A stretch of 64,000 bases of DNA, taken from positions 1 through 64,000 of IMG/VR virus record IMGVR_UViG_3300045684_000050, one strand, 5' to 3'. The DNA is from a virus. The notes under the pieces were generated by a model, which saw only the letters and a list, made by a program, of their open reading frames with translations, did not search any database and was not told the origin of the DNA. The position numbers and the translations under genes are program-made. Shown piece after piece: positions 62,147 through 64,000 of this stretch (position 1 is the stretch's first letter; each line of letters begins with the position of its first letter).

Positions 62147-63676
62147 TTATTTAAAATTAGCATCCCTTAATATTGTTCCTCCAACAGGATTAACATTTGG
62201 ATCTGCATTACCGATTAATACATTAGTTGCCACATTATTTATAATAACATCATTAGCTTCATCAATATCATCATTAGCAATTGCAGCTACTGTACCATCA
62301 TTTATAAGTTTAGCATTTTGAACTGTTAAACCTAAATCTTGATTACCAGGAGTATCTTGCAATCTAATTACACTTTGAGCGGCTTCTTTAGTATAAAAAT
62401 TACCAGATACTATAGTAGATTGATTAGTAATAAGTTGAGTTGTCCATACAACAGGTCCAGTTTCAGCAACACCATGATTAACATTAATCATAGATTTATG
62501 ATTACCTGCGGAACCATATGCTGTGACAGCAGCAACTGGACAATTATTAGTTGTATAAGCATTATTTACATTAATAGAATTAACACAATTCCTAGAAATA
62601 AACCCACCATTATCTATTAATGCAGTAAATATTCCAGCAGAAATAGTGCCGCGTAAAGTATTGATATTTATATTAATAGCACTATTACCTCCACTAGCTG
62701 TTCCATTTTGTTGATATATAAATCCTAAATTACTTAATTTATTAGCACTTACAGCATCTGCATTATTAACCTCCGTTGTATCATCTAATACAAAATCTGT
62801 AAAATTACCTAATTCTATACCTGGATGTTGAACATCAAATGTTCCTATATTAACATTTATACTAGAATTATTAAAGTATCTACCATAAGAGTTAAATCCT
62901 GCAACTACTGAATTACCAGAACTATATCCGTAAAAATTACCAACATTAGCAGTAACTTTAAGATTTTCACAACTTCTAAGATTTGCTATACCTCTTAAAT
63001 CTTTTGCTACATTAGCACCTCTCTCGTCTACAAAATAGTTTCCTATCTCAATAGCTATATTTCCTGATTGTACCACATTAGTACCACTATCACCAACATA
63101 AAAAAAAGCTAATCCCCATGTTTCTAATGAACTTTCAATAGCATTTACTTGATTAACTTTAATAATAGCATTTACATTTTCTGCTGCCCTAAAAAGAAAA
63201 CCTAGAGGACCAAATGTTATAGTATCTGCATTAAATACTACATCGACCATATCTGTTATATCACCATCTTGTTTTTCAAAAAGAGAACTATTTGCTGCAA
63301 TAAATTTACCGTGTCCTAATATTTTAGTAGATAAATTTCCAGCAACTCTTTTAGAAAATAAATATGGTGATACAGTAACAGCATCATTAACAGAAGTTAA
63401 TCCTGTGTTTTGTTCCCAATACCAGTTTACATTATCTTTTAACAAAAAATCAGTACCCGCACCAGTATGAATGATATCAGGAGATGCCTCTGCAAGACCT
63501 ACTGTCCAAGTACCATCTAATACATGAATTATATCACCAGTTTCTGCTGCTAACCAAGCAGTATGTGGATCTTTCCATGATCTAGATGTATAACCTTTTA
63601 ATGCAGATTGATTATTCCCAGTACTCTTACTAACATATAGTATTCTAGAATTATCTTTTTCAATTAAATATGTCAT
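62147..63676 (-). CDS. Tail fibre/spike-like beta-helix protein (509 aa)
   Basis: YVSK.TGNN....G....WK...A...AETGDIIHVLDGTW start and N/I/V-rich beta-helix repeats. Confidence 0.65.
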   Translation of the reverse strand: MTYLIEKDNSRILYVSKSTGNNQSALKGYTSRSWKDPHTAWLAAETGDIIHVLDGTWTVGLAEASPDIIHTGAGTDFLLKDNVNWYWEQNTGLTSVNDAVTVSPYLFSKRVAGNLSTKILGHGKFIAANSSLFEKQDGDITDMVDVVFNADTITFGPLGFLFRAAENVNAIIKVNQVNAIESSLETWGLAFFYVGDSGTNVVQSGNIAIEIGNYFVDERGANVAKDLRGIANLRSCENLKVTANVGNFYGYSSGNSVVAGFNSYGRYFNNSSINVNIGTFDVQHPGIELGNFTDFVLDDTTEVNNADAVSANKLSNLGFIYQQNGTASGGNSAINININTLRGTISAGIFTALIDNGGFISRNCVNSINVNNAYTTNNCPVAAVTAYGSAGNHKSMINVNHGVAETGPVVWTTQLITNQSTIVSGNFYTKEAAQSVIRLQDTPGNQDLGLTVQNAKLINDGTVAAIANDDIDEANDVIINNVATNVLIGNADPNVNPVGGTILRDANFK

Positions 63677-63729
63677 TTTTATAATACTTTACTTATAATA
63701 GATTCCAAATATTAAATCATGTGCTGCCA

Positions 63730-64000
63730 TTATATAATATTTGTGTTCCGAGTAATAGTGTCAATGGTCTCTGTTATGTTTACATCTAATACTAAGGAGT
63801 TAGCATAACAATTTATAAAATTAATATTTATAGGAGCACCAGCATTACTAACTACAGGAGCAACATTCATATCATTTATGAAAGTACAATTCTCAAATTG
63901 AATTGTACTATGATCAACAGAATTTCCATTAATTGCAACCACTGGTTGGCCAATTCCTTGTGATTCAAATCTACAGTCTTTAAATATGAGCTTACCTGTA
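63730..64000 (-). CDS. 3' end of another beta-helix fibre-like gene (truncated by the window edge)
   Basis: FENCTFINDM...NFINCYANS...ITRNTNII; C-terminus resembles that of the 509-aa protein. Confidence 0.6.
   Translation of the reverse strand, partial: TGKLIFKDCRFESQGIGQPVVAINGNSVDHSTIQFENCTFINDMNVAPVVSNAGAPININFINCYANSLVLDVNITETIDTITRNTNII

Noticed and set aside
1-64000. Stop-codon reassignment as in some crAss-like phages
   Set aside because: Very long ORFs are open in the standard code and TAA, TAG and TGA all end tightly packed genes; only isolated in-frame stops were found.
1-64000. tRNA, rRNA, integrase, reverse transcriptase/DGR, self-splicing introns
   Set aside because: No cloverleaf, rRNA-like segment or diagnostic catalytic motifs were recognised by eye; tRNAscan and HMM searches were not run.

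Overview
This AT-rich 64-kb window looks like part of a large Bacteroidota-infecting phage genome. Support: many TAnnTTTG promoter boxes, A-rich leaders without obvious Shine-Dalgarno sites, crAss-like tail/ejection genes and a lysis cassette. No capsid, portal, terminase, integrase, tRNA or rRNA gene is visible. 1-11 kb (+): two tandem-repeat arrays, duplicated promoter modules, small early genes, a RadC/JAB protein, a DnaN-type sliding clamp with a histone-like Lys/Ala/Pro repeat tail, a DUF3268 Zn-finger and an AAA helicase-like ATPase. 11-20 kb: small genes, a DUF4942 methyltransferase, an ArsR HTH, a GGQ-less release-factor-like ORF, a SET-domain methyltransferase and a lipoprotein/secreted pair. 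20.4-26.3 kb (-): the most striking feature, an integron-like cassette array with at least 13 attC-like hairpins (YAAC...GTTR). Several cassettes have complementary ends, several are fused in frame into composite proteins, and no integrase is present in the window. 26.7-40 kb (-): muzzle-like tail protein, SF2 helicase, divergent PolA, primase, Gp157 and an SSB-like protein. 40-64 kb (-): a 4289-aa polyvalent ejection protein (ParB-like and HExxH domains), a dual peptidoglycan-hydrolase virion protein, ring and IHF-like genes, spanin/CHAP-endolysin/holin genes and tail-fibre genes. All family assignments come from motif recognition by eye; no database search was run.
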